The notes: a model not told the origin generated them from the letters alone. DNA of 64,000 bases from Chitinophagales bacterium (GCA_044227805.1 JBGAWA010000002.1:16654-80653); one strand, 5' to 3'. Positions 1-10,557 are shown, counted from the first letter of the stretch. Numbers and translations: made by a program.

Positions 1-5
1 CAGTA

Positions 6-401
6 GTGTTGCTGGGCGGTTCAGGGGATAACAAGCGCGTGATGTTTTCCACGTTGAGTTTCTCTACCAGTGACACCACCATGATGAGGGATTCCATCCT
101 CGCTATGCTTAATGGTTCAACCGGCATTAACGATTTGCCAGGCAGTGTTGCTTCGTTCAAGGTGTTTCCCAACCCGGCAAGTGACAATGTTTTTATCAAT
201 ATTGATTTGAAAGAAACAACGAACATGCAGATTGATGTTACTGATATCACCGGAAAGCAGATTGCCGTTATCATGAATGAAATTCAAGGTGGACTGGTAT
301 CCAGGCAATACAGCCTTGCTATGTTACCCAGTGGAAATTATTTCATCCGCTTACTGGCAAACGGCAAAACCGCAACACAGAAAATCACCGTTACACATTA
401 A
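6..401 (+). CDS. T9SS C-terminal sorting-domain protein, 3' fragment (gene continues upstream of the window)
   Basis: The frame is open to the left window edge. The C-terminal ~80 aa (FKVFPNPASDNVFINIDL...GNYFIRLLANGKTATQKITVTH) looks like a Por/T9SS type-A CTD. Confidence 0.8.
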   Translation: MLLGGSGDNKRVMFSTLSFSTSDTTMMRDSILAMLNGSTGINDLPGSVASFKVFPNPASDNVFINIDLKETTNMQIDVTDITGKQIAVIMNEIQGGLVSRQYSLAMLPSGNYFIRLLANGKTATQKITVTH

Positions 402-403
402 CC

Positions 404-1114
404 GTGAATAAATTGATCATCCGCCAATCGGTTTTATCAGCAGTCATCTCCATGACGACTGTTGTCACCACTCATGCTCAGCCATATTCCATACTACCCA
501 ACGACAGCATTGTGCTGACCGGCGCATTGGATGATTTACAGACACTCAGTATCCAACAGCAAAACATTTCATCTGATACGTTGCATTTGAAATGGGAAAA
601 GGTTGCTGAGAGTTTACCTGAATTATGGGATGCTGAAGTATGCGATAATACTGTGTGCAACACAACATTGGTGGACAGCGGTATGATGAATCCTGTTGCT
701 CCGGCGGAATATGGATTGTTGTTACTTCATATTACACCTCATGAAAATGGCGGAACTGCCGTTATTCGATACGCTGTCTGGGAAACCGCAACGTCCGACT
801 TAAAAGATACACTCACTTACATACTGTCAGTTTATAACACTTCAGCAATGGCGGAGGCAGGAATTGAAAAGTCTTTCAACTTTTCCCCCAACCCTGCCGA
901 AAATTTTATTAGCCTCTACACCGGTTCAACAGAAGAATATTCTGTGGAAATTTTCAACACCGTTGGTGAACGCATATATTATAGACTTCTCAAAACCCAA
1001 AGGGCCGTTCACAGTTCTTCAATAAACATACAGGACTTACCAATGGGCATATACACTATTTGCATTAAGCAGCAACAGATGACTTTCAGCAGAAAATTAA
1101 TAATTCAGCATTAG
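404..1114 (+). CDS. Hypothetical secreted protein with T9SS C-terminal sorting domain
   Basis: GTG start 3 nt after the previous stop. Signal-like N-terminus (VISMTTVVTTHAQ). C-terminus FNFSPNPAENFISLY...GIYTICIKQQQMTFSRKLIIQH matches the T9SS CTD pattern. Confidence 0.8.
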   Translation: MNKLIIRQSVLSAVISMTTVVTTHAQPYSILPNDSIVLTGALDDLQTLSIQQQNISSDTLHLKWEKVAESLPELWDAEVCDNTVCNTTLVDSGMMNPVAPAEYGLLLLHITPHENGGTAVIRYAVWETATSDLKDTLTYILSVYNTSAMAEAGIEKSFNFSPNPAENFISLYTGSTEEYSVEIFNTVGERIYYRLLKTQRAVHSSSINIQDLPMGIYTICIKQQQMTFSRKLIIQH

Positions 1115-1347
1115 AATGAAACTGCTCATTTTTTTCAGGAGCTTTTTTGTGATTTCACTACTAAATGGCGAGAAGGATAAATATTTTATACATGGTGGAA
1201 ATAGATTCTTCACTGAAAAATCCAGTAACAGAAGAGTAGTTTAAGATATTGATAAAAGTGAAATGTAAACGGTACATGGATGTGCCAATTGCCATACGAC
1301 ACAGAATTTTTTGTTTTGTTCATTCAGGAGAAATATCAATTAGGACC

Positions 1348-3066
1348 ATGAAAGGCATAGCAGGCACCTGGCTGTGTTTCATTATGCTTACTGCAAACGC
1401 GCAATTTATCAATCAACTTGCCATACCGCCAGCACTCACCGGAACAACCTTTAATCTCAACATTCAGAATGGGATCACCCAGTTCTGTGCTGGTATCAAT
1501 ACGCCGACTTATGGAATCAATGGAAATATTCTTGGCCCGACACTAATTGTAAACAAATGGGATAGCATTACCCTTACTGTTACCAACTCACTCACAGGGT
1601 TTGGAAACAGCACAACCATCCATTGGCATGGTTTGCATGTTCCGGCAATGTATGACGGAGGCCCGCATCAGGTGATTTTACAAGCGGCAACATGGAGTCC
1701 TCATTTCAGGATGCTGAATAACGCCGGAACCTATTGGTACCATCCCCATGGTGACAATAAAACCGATTTGCATGTAAGCAAAGGAATTGCCGGAATGATT
1801 ATCGTGAAGGATAGTGCCGAGGCTGCCCTGAACCTGCCAGGTACTTATGGAACGGATGATTTCCCCATCATCGTGCAGAGCAAGGCATTTGACATTTTAC
1901 ATCAGATTGCAATAGCAACAGAGGAGGATACTTTGATGATGGTCAATGGAACTCCTCATGCCTACCTTAATGCACCTGCACAAGTGGTGCGCATGCGTTT
2001 GCTGAATGGAAGCAGCAGCCGCAGTTACAATTTTGGTTTTACTGCCAATCATACTTTCAAAATGATAGCCAGTGATGGTGGTTTATTGGAGAATGCTATC
2101 ACCTTAACCCGGATTTTGCTAAGCCCGGGTGAAAGGGCAGAAATATTACTGGACTTGCAAGGTGAGCAAGGGGACACCGTTTTTCTAATGGCCTTCAACA
2201 GCGAATTACCCAATGGAATTTACGGAGCGGCAACCGTTACCGGTATGATGGGTGGCAACATTCCTGGCTACCAGCTCAATCCCTTGAACGGCTCCGACTT
2301 CGGAATACTTCAGATCAATGTTGTCGCGCAATCAAGTAATCCCGTTACCAGTTTGCCTACCTATCTGGTTGCGCAATCTCCGTTCAACAATTATACAACA
2401 ACAAGAACATTCACATTCTCGCCTGATACGATGATGAGTGCGGTTGGACAAGTTGCCGGACCGTTTAACATTAACGGAGCTCATTTCGACATGAACACGA
2501 TTAATGTAACCACTTACCTTAACAATGGTGAGAAGTGGCACATTAAAAACAACACCGGCATTGCACATCCTTTCCATATTCATGATGTGCAATTCAATAT
2601 TCTTAACGTGAATGGCGGAACGGTTCCTGAGTATTTGAAGGGTAAAAAGGATGTTGTACTGGTCATGCCGCAGCAATATGTGGAGATTGTAACCAGGTTT
2701 GAAGATTTTGCCGATGATAATATTCCCTACATGTATCACTGTCATTTGTTGCACCATGAAGATGACGGGATGATGGGAAGTTTCAGGGTGATGGATACCA
2801 CAAACAACGGGATTTCTGCCCTTTCATTGGGAATTGATGGATTGAAGATTTATCCCAACCCTGCATCCGAAACGCTCAACATCACGATTCCTTCGACCGA
2901 AAAATATTCAGTTGAAATCTTTAACATATTAGGTGAAATGGTGCTTTCATCTGCTTACAACATTCAGCATTCAGTATTATTCATTCAACAGCTGCAAATC
3001 GGTTTATATTTTGTGCGGGTGAAAACGGACAAGGCCATTTCAACGCAAAAATTAATAAAGCAATAA
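1348..3066 (+). CDS. Multicopper oxidase (CueO/CotA-like) with T9SS C-terminal sorting domain
   Basis: Copper-site motifs HWHGLHVP, WYHPH, HPFHIHDVQF and HCHLLHHEDDGMMG. C-terminal LKIYPNPASETLNITI...GLYFVRV CTD. Start moved from the TTG at 1249 to the ATG at 1348 (MKGIAGTWLCFIMLTANAQ signal peptide). Confidence 0.9.
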   Translation: MKGIAGTWLCFIMLTANAQFINQLAIPPALTGTTFNLNIQNGITQFCAGINTPTYGINGNILGPTLIVNKWDSITLTVTNSLTGFGNSTTIHWHGLHVPAMYDGGPHQVILQAATWSPHFRMLNNAGTYWYHPHGDNKTDLHVSKGIAGMIIVKDSAEAALNLPGTYGTDDFPIIVQSKAFDILHQIAIATEEDTLMMVNGTPHAYLNAPAQVVRMRLLNGSSSRSYNFGFTANHTFKMIASDGGLLENAITLTRILLSPGERAEILLDLQGEQGDTVFLMAFNSELPNGIYGAATVTGMMGGNIPGYQLNPLNGSDFGILQINVVAQSSNPVTSLPTYLVAQSPFNNYTTTRTFTFSPDTMMSAVGQVAGPFNINGAHFDMNTINVTTYLNNGEKWHIKNNTGIAHPFHIHDVQFNILNVNGGTVPEYLKGKKDVVLVMPQQYVEIVTRFEDFADDNIPYMYHCHLLHHEDDGMMGSFRVMDTTNNGISALSLGIDGLKIYPNPASETLNITIPSTEKYSVEIFNILGEMVLSSAYNIQHSVLFIQQLQIGLYFVRVKTDKAISTQKLIKQ

Positions 3067-3405
3067 TCAGGATGTTCTATCCAGGTATTTTTTTTTGGAT
3101 GGGCTCAAAGCAAATAAAGGGTATTTGAGCTGATTGGGGAATCGAATATTGGCATCGTGTATTAATGCGCTCCCTTGCGTGTTGAGGTTAACCAGAAAAA
3201 GTTATGAAAGAGGATAATCGTTCTATGCTGGGATTAAGCCTCTGTCTGATGCTAACTGCAAAAATTAGGCTCGGAAGATCATAGATAAATTCACAAGAAA
3301 GTATCTTTGCTCTGTTTATTATTTTTCATCTTACCTTTTTACCTACTCTTCTTCTATGTGTACTGCCATCTCAGTATCAGCATCCGGAGTCAATGTTGTT
3401 TCCCA

Positions 3406-4257
3406 ATGATCTGGCAACCATCAAATCTAAAGGGTCTTGTACTATTGCTGTTCATTTCATTCAGCCTCATGCTGCCACTCTGTTGCCATGCACAGCAATC
3501 ATCCTCCTGCAACTGTGCCGGCATGGCTCCTGCCGGAAAAGGAACCCTTTACATCACCGCAGGGTATAACCTTGACTGGTACACAGCCAGCGATATACAT
3601 TTTAAAGATCTTACCACGGATAACTACGATTTCACCCTTTACAAGGTGAAAGCCGAAGATCGCCCGGGCCTGCAGGATGTTTTACATGAAGACATTACCA
3701 TTCCGCAGTATTCTTTTCGTGGCGGCTATTGGTTCAACGATAAAAGAGACCTGGCCATTGAGATTAATTACGACCATGCAAAATATGTGATGATCCAGGA
3801 TCAACGGGTACACATGACCGGTAATTTCCGCGGTGAATATTATGATCGTGACACCACCCTGGGTACTGATTTCATACGCTATGAACATACTAACGGTGCA
3901 AATTATGCCATGCTGGATCTTGTTAAGCGATGTAACTTCTGGCATGCTGCTAATCAGCGGCATTGGATCAGCGCCGTGGCAAAAGCAGGAGTGGGGTTCG
4001 TGTTGCCCCGCACTGAATCATATATTGCCGGCAGCCACCGTAACGACACCTATCATGTGGCCGGATATGTTGCCGGCATGGAAGCGGGTTTGCGGTATGA
4101 TTTTCTGAAATACTTTTTTCTCGAAACTACGATGAAAGGATGTTTCGCTAATTATTCCAATGTGCTTTTATATGGTGATGGCATTGCCAGCCAGCATTGG
4201 TGGTCGGCTCAATATATTTTCACACTCGGGCTGCAAGCCCCGGTCAAAATTTTCTGA
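3406..4257 (+). CDS. Hypothetical outer-membrane beta-barrel-like protein
   Basis: Signal peptide (LVLLLFISFSLMLPLCCHAQ), alternating aromatic/polar pattern, terminal ...LGLQAPVKIF ending in Phe. Start moved to the ATG at 3406. No family recognised. Confidence 0.6.
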   Translation: MIWQPSNLKGLVLLLFISFSLMLPLCCHAQQSSSCNCAGMAPAGKGTLYITAGYNLDWYTASDIHFKDLTTDNYDFTLYKVKAEDRPGLQDVLHEDITIPQYSFRGGYWFNDKRDLAIEINYDHAKYVMIQDQRVHMTGNFRGEYYDRDTTLGTDFIRYEHTNGANYAMLDLVKRCNFWHAANQRHWISAVAKAGVGFVLPRTESYIAGSHRNDTYHVAGYVAGMEAGLRYDFLKYFFLETTMKGCFANYSNVLLYGDGIASQHWWSAQYIFTLGLQAPVKIF

Positions 4258-4347
4258 GTACAGTAAATACACTGTCTTATGAGTGCCTTCAGATGCGCAG
4301 CTGCAATCACGGCTGATGAAGTGTTGTGTGTAATGATTAAAAATAAT

Positions 4348-4381
4348 GAACCCGGATTTTTCCATTGAAGTATCCGGGTTC
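4348..4381. repeat. Solo hairpin related to module A of the repeat family (GAACCCGGAT-N14-ATCCGGGTTC)
   Basis: Perfect 10-bp inverted repeat. The loop and left arm (cccggatttttccattgaa) match module A of the ~160-bp repeat. Lies 36 bp left of the full copy at 4417-4577. Confidence 0.7.
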
Positions 4382-4416
4382 ATGATCAGCATCGGCACGC
4401 ATTCAGTATTTCTGCG

Positions 4417-4577
4417 TTAAACCCACTTTTTGCAGTTCAAAACGGCAACGGGTTTAACCCCGACGTAGAACTGCTTAGGGTTTGTGAAACATTTTCTTTT
4501 CTTGACAAATTGAGCAAACCCTTAGCAGTTTTATGTCGCAGCGAAGCGGGATTTTTCCATTGAAAAATCCGGGTTAA
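4417..4577 (-). repeat. Structured ~160-bp intergenic repeat, full copy (sub-family I), reverse orientation
   Basis: Its reverse complement aligns almost base-for-base with 62616-62778. Followed at 4578-4599 by a partial extra copy of the gaagcgggattt segment. Sits between convergent genes. Confidence 0.9.
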
Positions 4578-4611
4578 AATGAAGCGGGATTTATGATTCA
4601 AAGATTCAAAT

Positions 4612-5175
4612 TTAATTGGCGGCAGGTGGAGGCAACAGCACCTTATCAATTACATACACAATACCGTTTGATGCCCGCACGGATCCTACAATGTTCGCAT
4701 CGCCAATCATAAATTTCCCATCCTTCCCATGTAACGTAACATTGTCGCCATTCACCATATTCAGTACCTGTCCGTCCTTCATCATGTCCACATTCAGAAC
4801 ACCAACCCATACATGGTATTGAAGTACATTTTGCAAATCGGCTTTCTTCTCCGGCTTTAACAAAGCGTCAACCGTTCCGGCGGGTAATTGACTGAATGCA
4901 TCATTGGTAGGTGCAAATACCGTAAACGGTCCGGCATTCGAAAGGGCATCTACCAGTTCAGCAGCTTTCACCGCTGTTACCAGGGTAGAATGATCCTTGG
5001 AGCCGACCGCCACTTTTACAATATTGGGCATCGATGCATCATCCTGCACGGCCGATTGCCCGGCAGGCGCTTCCGTTGCCGCAGTGGCATTGTCGGTTGT
5101 GGTAGTTGAACTATTCTGGCAACTGTTCAGGGTTAATAGTCCTCCGACGAGAAGGGTAAACAAAAATGGTTTCAT
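4612..5175 (-). CDS. Fasciclin (FAS1) domain lipoprotein
   Basis: Lipobox LTLNSC. FAS1 motifs TVFAPTNDAF, YHV and NGIVYVIDKVLLP. Confidence 0.9.
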   Translation of the reverse strand: MKPFLFTLLVGGLLTLNSCQNSSTTTTDNATAATEAPAGQSAVQDDASMPNIVKVAVGSKDHSTLVTAVKAAELVDALSNAGPFTVFAPTNDAFSQLPAGTVDALLKPEKKADLQNVLQYHVWVGVLNVDMMKDGQVLNMVNGDNVTLHGKDGKFMIGDANIVGSVRASNGIVYVIDKVLLPPPAAN

Positions 5176-5418
5176 CAGGTGTGATTTTTTGTTGGCCGAA
5201 AATGCTGCACAGCGTCAACCTATAATATGATATAAATCAGGTTAAAAAATGATTATTATCATATTTAATAAATTCGTGTAAAAACAAGGATTGTCAAAAG
5301 GGTTATCTTCATCCCCTGAAATTTAATGGCTGTATGGTATCCGTTTACTGCACCCGGCAAAGCCCGTAGCATAAACCGCAGGTCAATACGCCAGTTCACC
5401 TTTCATTCAAACGCTGCT

Positions 5419-7518
5419 ATGAAATTAACCGCTTCATTACTTCTCAGTTGCTTTACCATCCTGCAGGTGTCTGCGCAATTCGCCTACATCAACCCGAAAC
5501 CTGGCTCTCAGTATAGCCATCCGCAGACGAGTATCATACTTAAAAACGGAAGTCTGCTGGACAGAACTTCTTTATCCGGCAAAAACCTGCTGGAAATCTC
5601 CGGATCATCCAGCGGAAGGCATGCATGGACAGCACGTTTATCGGACGATGATAAGACCGTGGTGATTAAACCTGCCACCGCTTTTGATTTTGGAGAAACC
5701 GTCACCGTTACAGTTCACCCTCAGTTGAGAAAAATCAGCGGAGAGAAAATGGAAGGCGCTACTTTCTCTTTTCAGATCAGGAACAAACCAACACCGGAAG
5801 ACGAGATCGCTTACGCAGAAATGAGAAAGCAGTCACTGCGGGAGGTGAGGGGATACGATCCGGCAGAAAAAAATCCGGATGATATCACCTATCCGCTGGA
5901 TTCGATGCCTGCTTATGTAATCAATGTCAATACTAATCCGGCGCCGGGCCAGATCTTTTACCGCAATAAGGAAGATCAGACTTCGGAAGTACCCAATACG
6001 AATTCATTTGCCACGATTATTGAGAACGATGGCACCATACTGTGGGCAAGGGATTTGGGACAATTTGGGGCTGACTTTAAACTGAATGCCAATGGCTACA
6101 TGACCTATTTTGCGGATACCGCGCAATGGATGGTGCTGGACTCCAACTATAATCTTATTGATTCGGTGCGGTGCAAGAATGGATATGAACTTGAGACACA
6201 GGGGCATGATGTCATGATGTATCCGGATGGCCATGTATTCCTGATGGCCTATAATCTTCAAACAATTGACATGACTGCATACGGTGGCATTCCAAATGCA
6301 AAAGTGCAGGGATTTGTGGTGCAGGAGCTTGATGCTAATCGTGACGTAGTGTTTGAATGGACAAGCTGGGATCATTTTCTTTTCACAGATGCTAATTCGC
6401 ATACCCCACTCACCAATTCACAGGTTGATTATGTACATGGAAATTCTATAGAGCGCGACTATGATGGTAACATCATCATTTCTTCCCGTAACATGGATGA
6501 GATAACAAAAATCAGCCATGAAACAGGTGATATCATCTGGCGACTGGGTGGTGAAAACAATCAATTCACTTTTGTGAATGACAATATCCCCCAGCATTTT
6601 TCCTCACAGCATGATGCCCGCCGTTTGCCGAATGGCAATATTATCCTGTTCAATAATGGAAATTACCTCTCGCCGTTGATTTCAAGTGCCAAAGAGTATA
6701 AGCTGGATGAGGTGAATAAAGTGGCAACATTGGTTTGGTTCTATGAACATCCCGATGTAAACGGATTTAAGGTTTATGGGGCGGCAACCGGCAATGCGCA
6801 ACGCCTGCCCAATGGCAACACCATCATTAACTGGGGATTGATTGCACCGAATGTTGGACTGCCCAATCATACGGAAGTAGATTCCAATAAAAATATTGTG
6901 TGGGAGATGAGATTCGAATCATCGAAACAGAAATGTTATCGCATACATAAGTACGAATGGAATCCCTGCAGCCGGATTACTGGTTATACCATGAAAGTAA
7001 AAAAGATCACGCCCAATACAGCGACGGTAAGCTGGGGCGATGCGACAGGCGCCACTTCCTACAAAGTGCAGCGTCGTGTGGCAGGAACAACGGAATGGAA
7101 ATCCAAAACCACTTCCTCCGGAAAATTAAAACTGAACAACCTATTGCCGGCTACTGCCTATGAGTGGCGGGTACTCACCAAATGCACAGGGTTACCGGAA
7201 AATACTTCCGCTTATTCAGTAATGGATACATTCACTACCCTTCCGTTAAAGAGTACTGAATTTTTTATGGCTGAACCACTTCAGTTAACTGTCTATCCTG
7301 TTCCGGCTACCGATCAGATTACTATTGCGGTGAGTAATGCTGAACCCTCTTCACTTACCATCCGCAATATGATCGGAGAAGTTGTTTACTTCCGAAAGAT
7401 CCTGGCGGCAGAGGATGGCCCCATTCAGATTGATGTGCAGGAGTGGCCAGCCGGAGTTTATATTGTTGAAATCAATAATGGTGCGCAGTCCGCTGTGCGA
7501 AAGATGGTGAAAGAGTAA
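5419..7518 (+). CDS. Arylsulfotransferase (ASST)-like beta-propeller protein with FN3-like domain and T9SS CTD
   Basis: YVHGNSIERDYDGNIIISSRN and QHDARRLPNGNIILFNNGN resemble ASST-family propeller motifs. An FN3-like segment (ATVSWGDATGATSYKVQRR) is present. C-terminal LTVYPVPATDQITIAV...GVYIVEI CTD. Start moved to the ATG at 5419 (MKLTASLLLSCFTILQVSAQ). Confidence 0.7.
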   Translation: MKLTASLLLSCFTILQVSAQFAYINPKPGSQYSHPQTSIILKNGSLLDRTSLSGKNLLEISGSSSGRHAWTARLSDDDKTVVIKPATAFDFGETVTVTVHPQLRKISGEKMEGATFSFQIRNKPTPEDEIAYAEMRKQSLREVRGYDPAEKNPDDITYPLDSMPAYVINVNTNPAPGQIFYRNKEDQTSEVPNTNSFATIIENDGTILWARDLGQFGADFKLNANGYMTYFADTAQWMVLDSNYNLIDSVRCKNGYELETQGHDVMMYPDGHVFLMAYNLQTIDMTAYGGIPNAKVQGFVVQELDANRDVVFEWTSWDHFLFTDANSHTPLTNSQVDYVHGNSIERDYDGNIIISSRNMDEITKISHETGDIIWRLGGENNQFTFVNDNIPQHFSSQHDARRLPNGNIILFNNGNYLSPLISSAKEYKLDEVNKVATLVWFYEHPDVNGFKVYGAATGNAQRLPNGNTIINWGLIAPNVGLPNHTEVDSNKNIVWEMRFESSKQKCYRIHKYEWNPCSRITGYTMKVKKITPNTATVSWGDATGATSYKVQRRVAGTTEWKSKTTSSGKLKLNNLLPATAYEWRVLTKCTGLPENTSAYSVMDTFTTLPLKSTEFFMAEPLQLTVYPVPATDQITIAVSNAEPSSLTIRNMIGEVVYFRKILAAEDGPIQIDVQEWPAGVYIVEINNGAQSAVRKMVKE

Positions 7519-7626
7519 GTGGAAACTGGGGCTTTCAGTTGAATGAAAAAAAGAGAGTTGCCTCAAGTAGTGCGACTTGTAGCAAAGAGGTATCATTCAA
7601 TCGAGTAGTCCGGTTACATATAAGGA

Positions 7627-7668
7627 TAAAAAAACCTGCATTACCATAAGGCAATGCAGGTTTTTTTT
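7627..7668. terminator. Bidirectional rho-independent terminator
   Basis: A8-CCTGCATTACC-ATAA-GGCAATGCAGG-T8. The hairpin is flanked by an A-run and a T-run, between convergent genes ending at 7518 and 7740. Confidence 0.85.
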
Positions 7669-7739
7669 GGAGGTTGCACTAATGTTGCCATCCTGAACAG
7701 TGGCACCATAAAAAAACGGGTGTTCTTACCTCATTGTTT

Positions 7740-9365
7740 TTAGAGCGGCATTTTTCCAAACCAAAGTGTTTTACCGCCGGACGATTCACCAAAAAACACG
7801 ACAGATGTTTCTAACTCAATCGGTAAAAAGGGAAACTTGTTGTTGAGATAATACTTGCCTTGCTTGCTTACGCCGAATACGGCAGGGTCATTGATTTTGC
7901 CATTGCTGACATCTAACTTGGCCACCACCGGATACATCAGCAATTTGTATTTTGAATTGCCCAGTTCTTTCTCCGTGCGCATGCCATCTACTTCACCAAT
8001 CAGCCAGTCCATGTCTTTGCCGTCTGCGGTATGAAGCATCGTTTGCATGGCAGGTGCCACTTCACTGAATTTATTTCCTTCCTGCTTATCATATCCGTAT
8101 TGCGCCTTAAGCGATCCGTCGGGAGAAAACTGAAAGCACAGGAGGTCGCGGTATTGCCGTGACCCGTCGCCCTTAAGGGTGAAGTTCTGGCCAAACAGAA
8201 AAATATTTCCTTTGGGATCCACATCAAAATCACTGAGGTAGAATTTCTTGCCCTTGTAGGACGGTGACTTTTTCTGTGAGGGAGGTGTTTGCAGCTTTGC
8301 TTCGAATTCATCAAGGCTTGGCGCGCTGATAAAATCTAATTTACCGTTGCTGATCTTCGCCAGCTGAAAGCTCTCCCATTTCATGGCATCAGGATCATCA
8401 GAAGGGTTCACCACCTGGTTGAGGTATTTATCATCGCCTTTCGATGGCCCGAAGATGAAATAATCTTTATCTACCATCGCAATGCTGTTGATACTCCATA
8501 CTGTATTCGGACTTTTTATACTAATCCGGTCCTTCTGTGAAGCATCATTCCCGAAACGCATGAAGGTATAATTGTTAGGAGCAGGATCGGCAACTTTGCC
8601 AAGGCCGGGTCCACCCATGGGAGCAAACAGGATGGCGAGATCGTTATTGGACAGATCATCGGCATCGGCGTCAAATTCAAGATTGGGATTCCAGACGAGT
8701 TGCGCCTGTGCCACAGTCTGAGGATACTGAAATTCAAAATCCGTTTTGTTAACCATGTCCAGATCCTTGTTAAAAACTGCCGCCAGGTATTTTTTATTAA
8801 CCAGGTTGGGGTCATCGCCCTTTTGTGCTTTGGTGCCCGCTACTAACAATACACTGCCATCCACATCATTTTCCGCTTTTGTCACAAGGGAGTATTTGTT
8901 GCCTTCATCTGATTTAGGTTTTAGTTTTTCCAGCAGTTTCACGTCTTTGTCGTAACCGCCCCAAAACCAGCTCCAGTTATAGTTGATCTGCTTGCGTTTG
9001 AGTACCAGCGTTCCGGTAAGATTGTTTTCTACCGAAACAGCTTCCACCACATAATTCTCGCCCCGGTATTTGAACCACTTGTATTTTTGGCGGGCTTTCT
9101 CAAAATCAATCTGATCAGTTATCAGATTTTTGTAATTGAATTCAAGGTCAAACTGATAGGTTTCAAACTTCACCTGTTTATCGTTTGCCTTGGTAACAAA
9201 GGTGAGCTCAAGCAGGTTTTTGGGTTCTTCAATGTTGATGTTGCCGAGATAACCGCGATTGGCTTTTCCGGTGATCTCATAAGTCTTTTCAATGGAGAGT
9301 TTCTGCGCCTTTGCCTGCCATCCGAAAAGGAGGAGCGCAAGAAACAGTAATGAATATAATTTCAT
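7740..9365 (-). CDS. Hypothetical secreted protein (541 aa)
   Basis: Long ORF with a clear signal peptide (MKLYSLLFLALLLFGWQAKAQ). No motif I can assign to a family. Confidence 0.75.
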   Translation of the reverse strand: MKLYSLLFLALLLFGWQAKAQKLSIEKTYEITGKANRGYLGNINIEEPKNLLELTFVTKANDKQVKFETYQFDLEFNYKNLITDQIDFEKARQKYKWFKYRGENYVVEAVSVENNLTGTLVLKRKQINYNWSWFWGGYDKDVKLLEKLKPKSDEGNKYSLVTKAENDVDGSVLLVAGTKAQKGDDPNLVNKKYLAAVFNKDLDMVNKTDFEFQYPQTVAQAQLVWNPNLEFDADADDLSNNDLAILFAPMGGPGLGKVADPAPNNYTFMRFGNDASQKDRISIKSPNTVWSINSIAMVDKDYFIFGPSKGDDKYLNQVVNPSDDPDAMKWESFQLAKISNGKLDFISAPSLDEFEAKLQTPPSQKKSPSYKGKKFYLSDFDVDPKGNIFLFGQNFTLKGDGSRQYRDLLCFQFSPDGSLKAQYGYDKQEGNKFSEVAPAMQTMLHTADGKDMDWLIGEVDGMRTEKELGNSKYKLLMYPVVAKLDVSNGKINDPAVFGVSKQGKYYLNNKFPFLPIELETSVVFFGESSGGKTLWFGKMPL

Positions 9366-9449
9366 GGTCTTGGTTTTTCTGCGAAGTTAATCCAATATCA
9401 TTATGATCAAAATGATGAAAATGGTTTAGATAGCTTTCAGTCGTGGATG

Positions 9450-9827
9450 CTACCGGTTCATCAGCTCATCCAGTGCCCGCCGGTCTCTTTTAGTGGGCCG
9501 GCCTTCACCGCGTTGTTGCATAAGCCTCGCTTGCGCTGCCTGCTCCTGTATATTTTTCAATACATCTTCGGCAGTTATATTTCTGCAATATTCCATCACA
9601 AGTTTTGCATTCAGCCTGTTGGTGGTTACTTGTAACACTTCATATTGTTGTGTGAAGGCGCCGGAGCGGATGGCGATGATTGTTCCGGCCGTTACCAATC
9701 GCGACGCTTTTACCGGTTGACCTTCGATACTGACGTTGCCCTTTTCACATGCCTCAGCAGCCTGTGTACGGGTTTTAAAAATTCTTACTGTCCAAAGCCA
9801 TTTGTCAACACGCATTTTATCTTCCAT
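9450..9827 (-). CDS. hslR: RNA-binding S4 domain protein (Hsp15/HslR-like)
   Basis: MRVDKWLWTVRIFKTRTQAAEACEKGNVSIEGQPVKASRLV is a typical S4/Hsp15 N-terminus. The start could instead be the internal ATG at 9815. Confidence 0.8.
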   Translation of the reverse strand: MEDKMRVDKWLWTVRIFKTRTQAAEACEKGNVSIEGQPVKASRLVTAGTIIAIRSGAFTQQYEVLQVTTNRLNAKLVMEYCRNITAEDVLKNIQEQAAQARLMQQRGEGRPTKRDRRALDELMNR

Positions 9828-10043
9828 TGATTTACTCGATTGAATTAAGTATTTGTAATTATCATATAGGGCAAGCCGGCAGGTGCCTGTTCCTGTTTAC
9901 CGGCCAGTAATGTATGAGCATGAAATAGCCATCCGCTCGAGTTGTTTTTGTTCATCATTCTGAAAGGTGATCAATATCATTGTATGAAAGTAAATGGATC
10001 AATAGTTTTACAGCAGTTGATTCATTGTAAACAGTCTTGTAAA

Positions 10044-10451
10044 ATGAATACCATAGGTCGCCACCGGAACGCTGCTCATGTTATCCGCAATATTGCCGGT
10101 ATCCTGTGCCTGTCAGCTATTCTCTTCATTAGCATTTTTGCGCTTGATGCATTTGATCCGTCACTTACCATCCTTCAACAGACCGAAGCTTTTTTAATTC
10201 ACCTGCTTCCGTCATTTGTTTTGTTGGCAATGCTGTTGCTGGCATGGAAGAAAGCATTCATAGGCGGCAGCATTTTTTTGTTGACTGGTCTGTTGTTATC
10301 ACCATTCATCTACACCCACAATTACAGCATGAATCAAAGTGTAGGGATGAGCTTGGGGATTGTTGCCATGATCAATCTGCCGTTCATTTTGGTGGGAATG
10401 CTTTTTTTGGTGAGCGCTTACCTGCAGCAGGAAGGGCATCAGCAACCATAG
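10044..10451 (+). CDS. Hypothetical integral membrane protein
   Basis: Four hydrophobic segments. Start moved to the ATG at 10044. No family recognised. Confidence 0.55.
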   Translation: MNTIGRHRNAAHVIRNIAGILCLSAILFISIFALDAFDPSLTILQQTEAFLIHLLPSFVLLAMLLLAWKKAFIGGSIFLLTGLLLSPFIYTHNYSMNQSVGMSLGIVAMINLPFILVGMLFLVSAYLQQEGHQQP

Positions 10452-10499
10452 TTTCAGTCAGAAGAACATGCTGACAGAAGCAAGGGCTGAAGGAGAATT

Positions 10500-10537
10500 T
10501 TCAACGCGGATTTTAGCATCGAAAAATCCGCGTTGAA
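10500..10537. terminator. Perfect 15-bp hairpin between convergent genes (sequence related to repeat module A)
   Basis: TTCAACGCGGATTTT-agcatcga-AAAATCCGCGTTGAA. Lies between the stops at 10451 (+) and 10558 (-). The core CGGATTTT/AAAATCCG resembles module A. Confidence 0.7.
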
Positions 10538-10557
10538 CGGATTGTCGTGAAGCAGGT

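Noticed and set aside
4495-4530. Sigma-70-like TTGACA inside the repeat copy at 4417-4577
   Set aside because: It is present in only this copy (the others read TTGAAAAA) and has no properly spaced -10 element. Bacteroidota promoters also use a different consensus.
4437-4649. 70-aa ORF (and the similar ORFs at 62544-62777 and 62616-62822) whose translations share ...TRIFQWKNPASLR..TAKGLL...
   Set aside because: The similarity arises because these ORFs read through copies of the non-coding repeat. They have no plausible start context, they cross hairpins, and different copies are open in different frames or strands.
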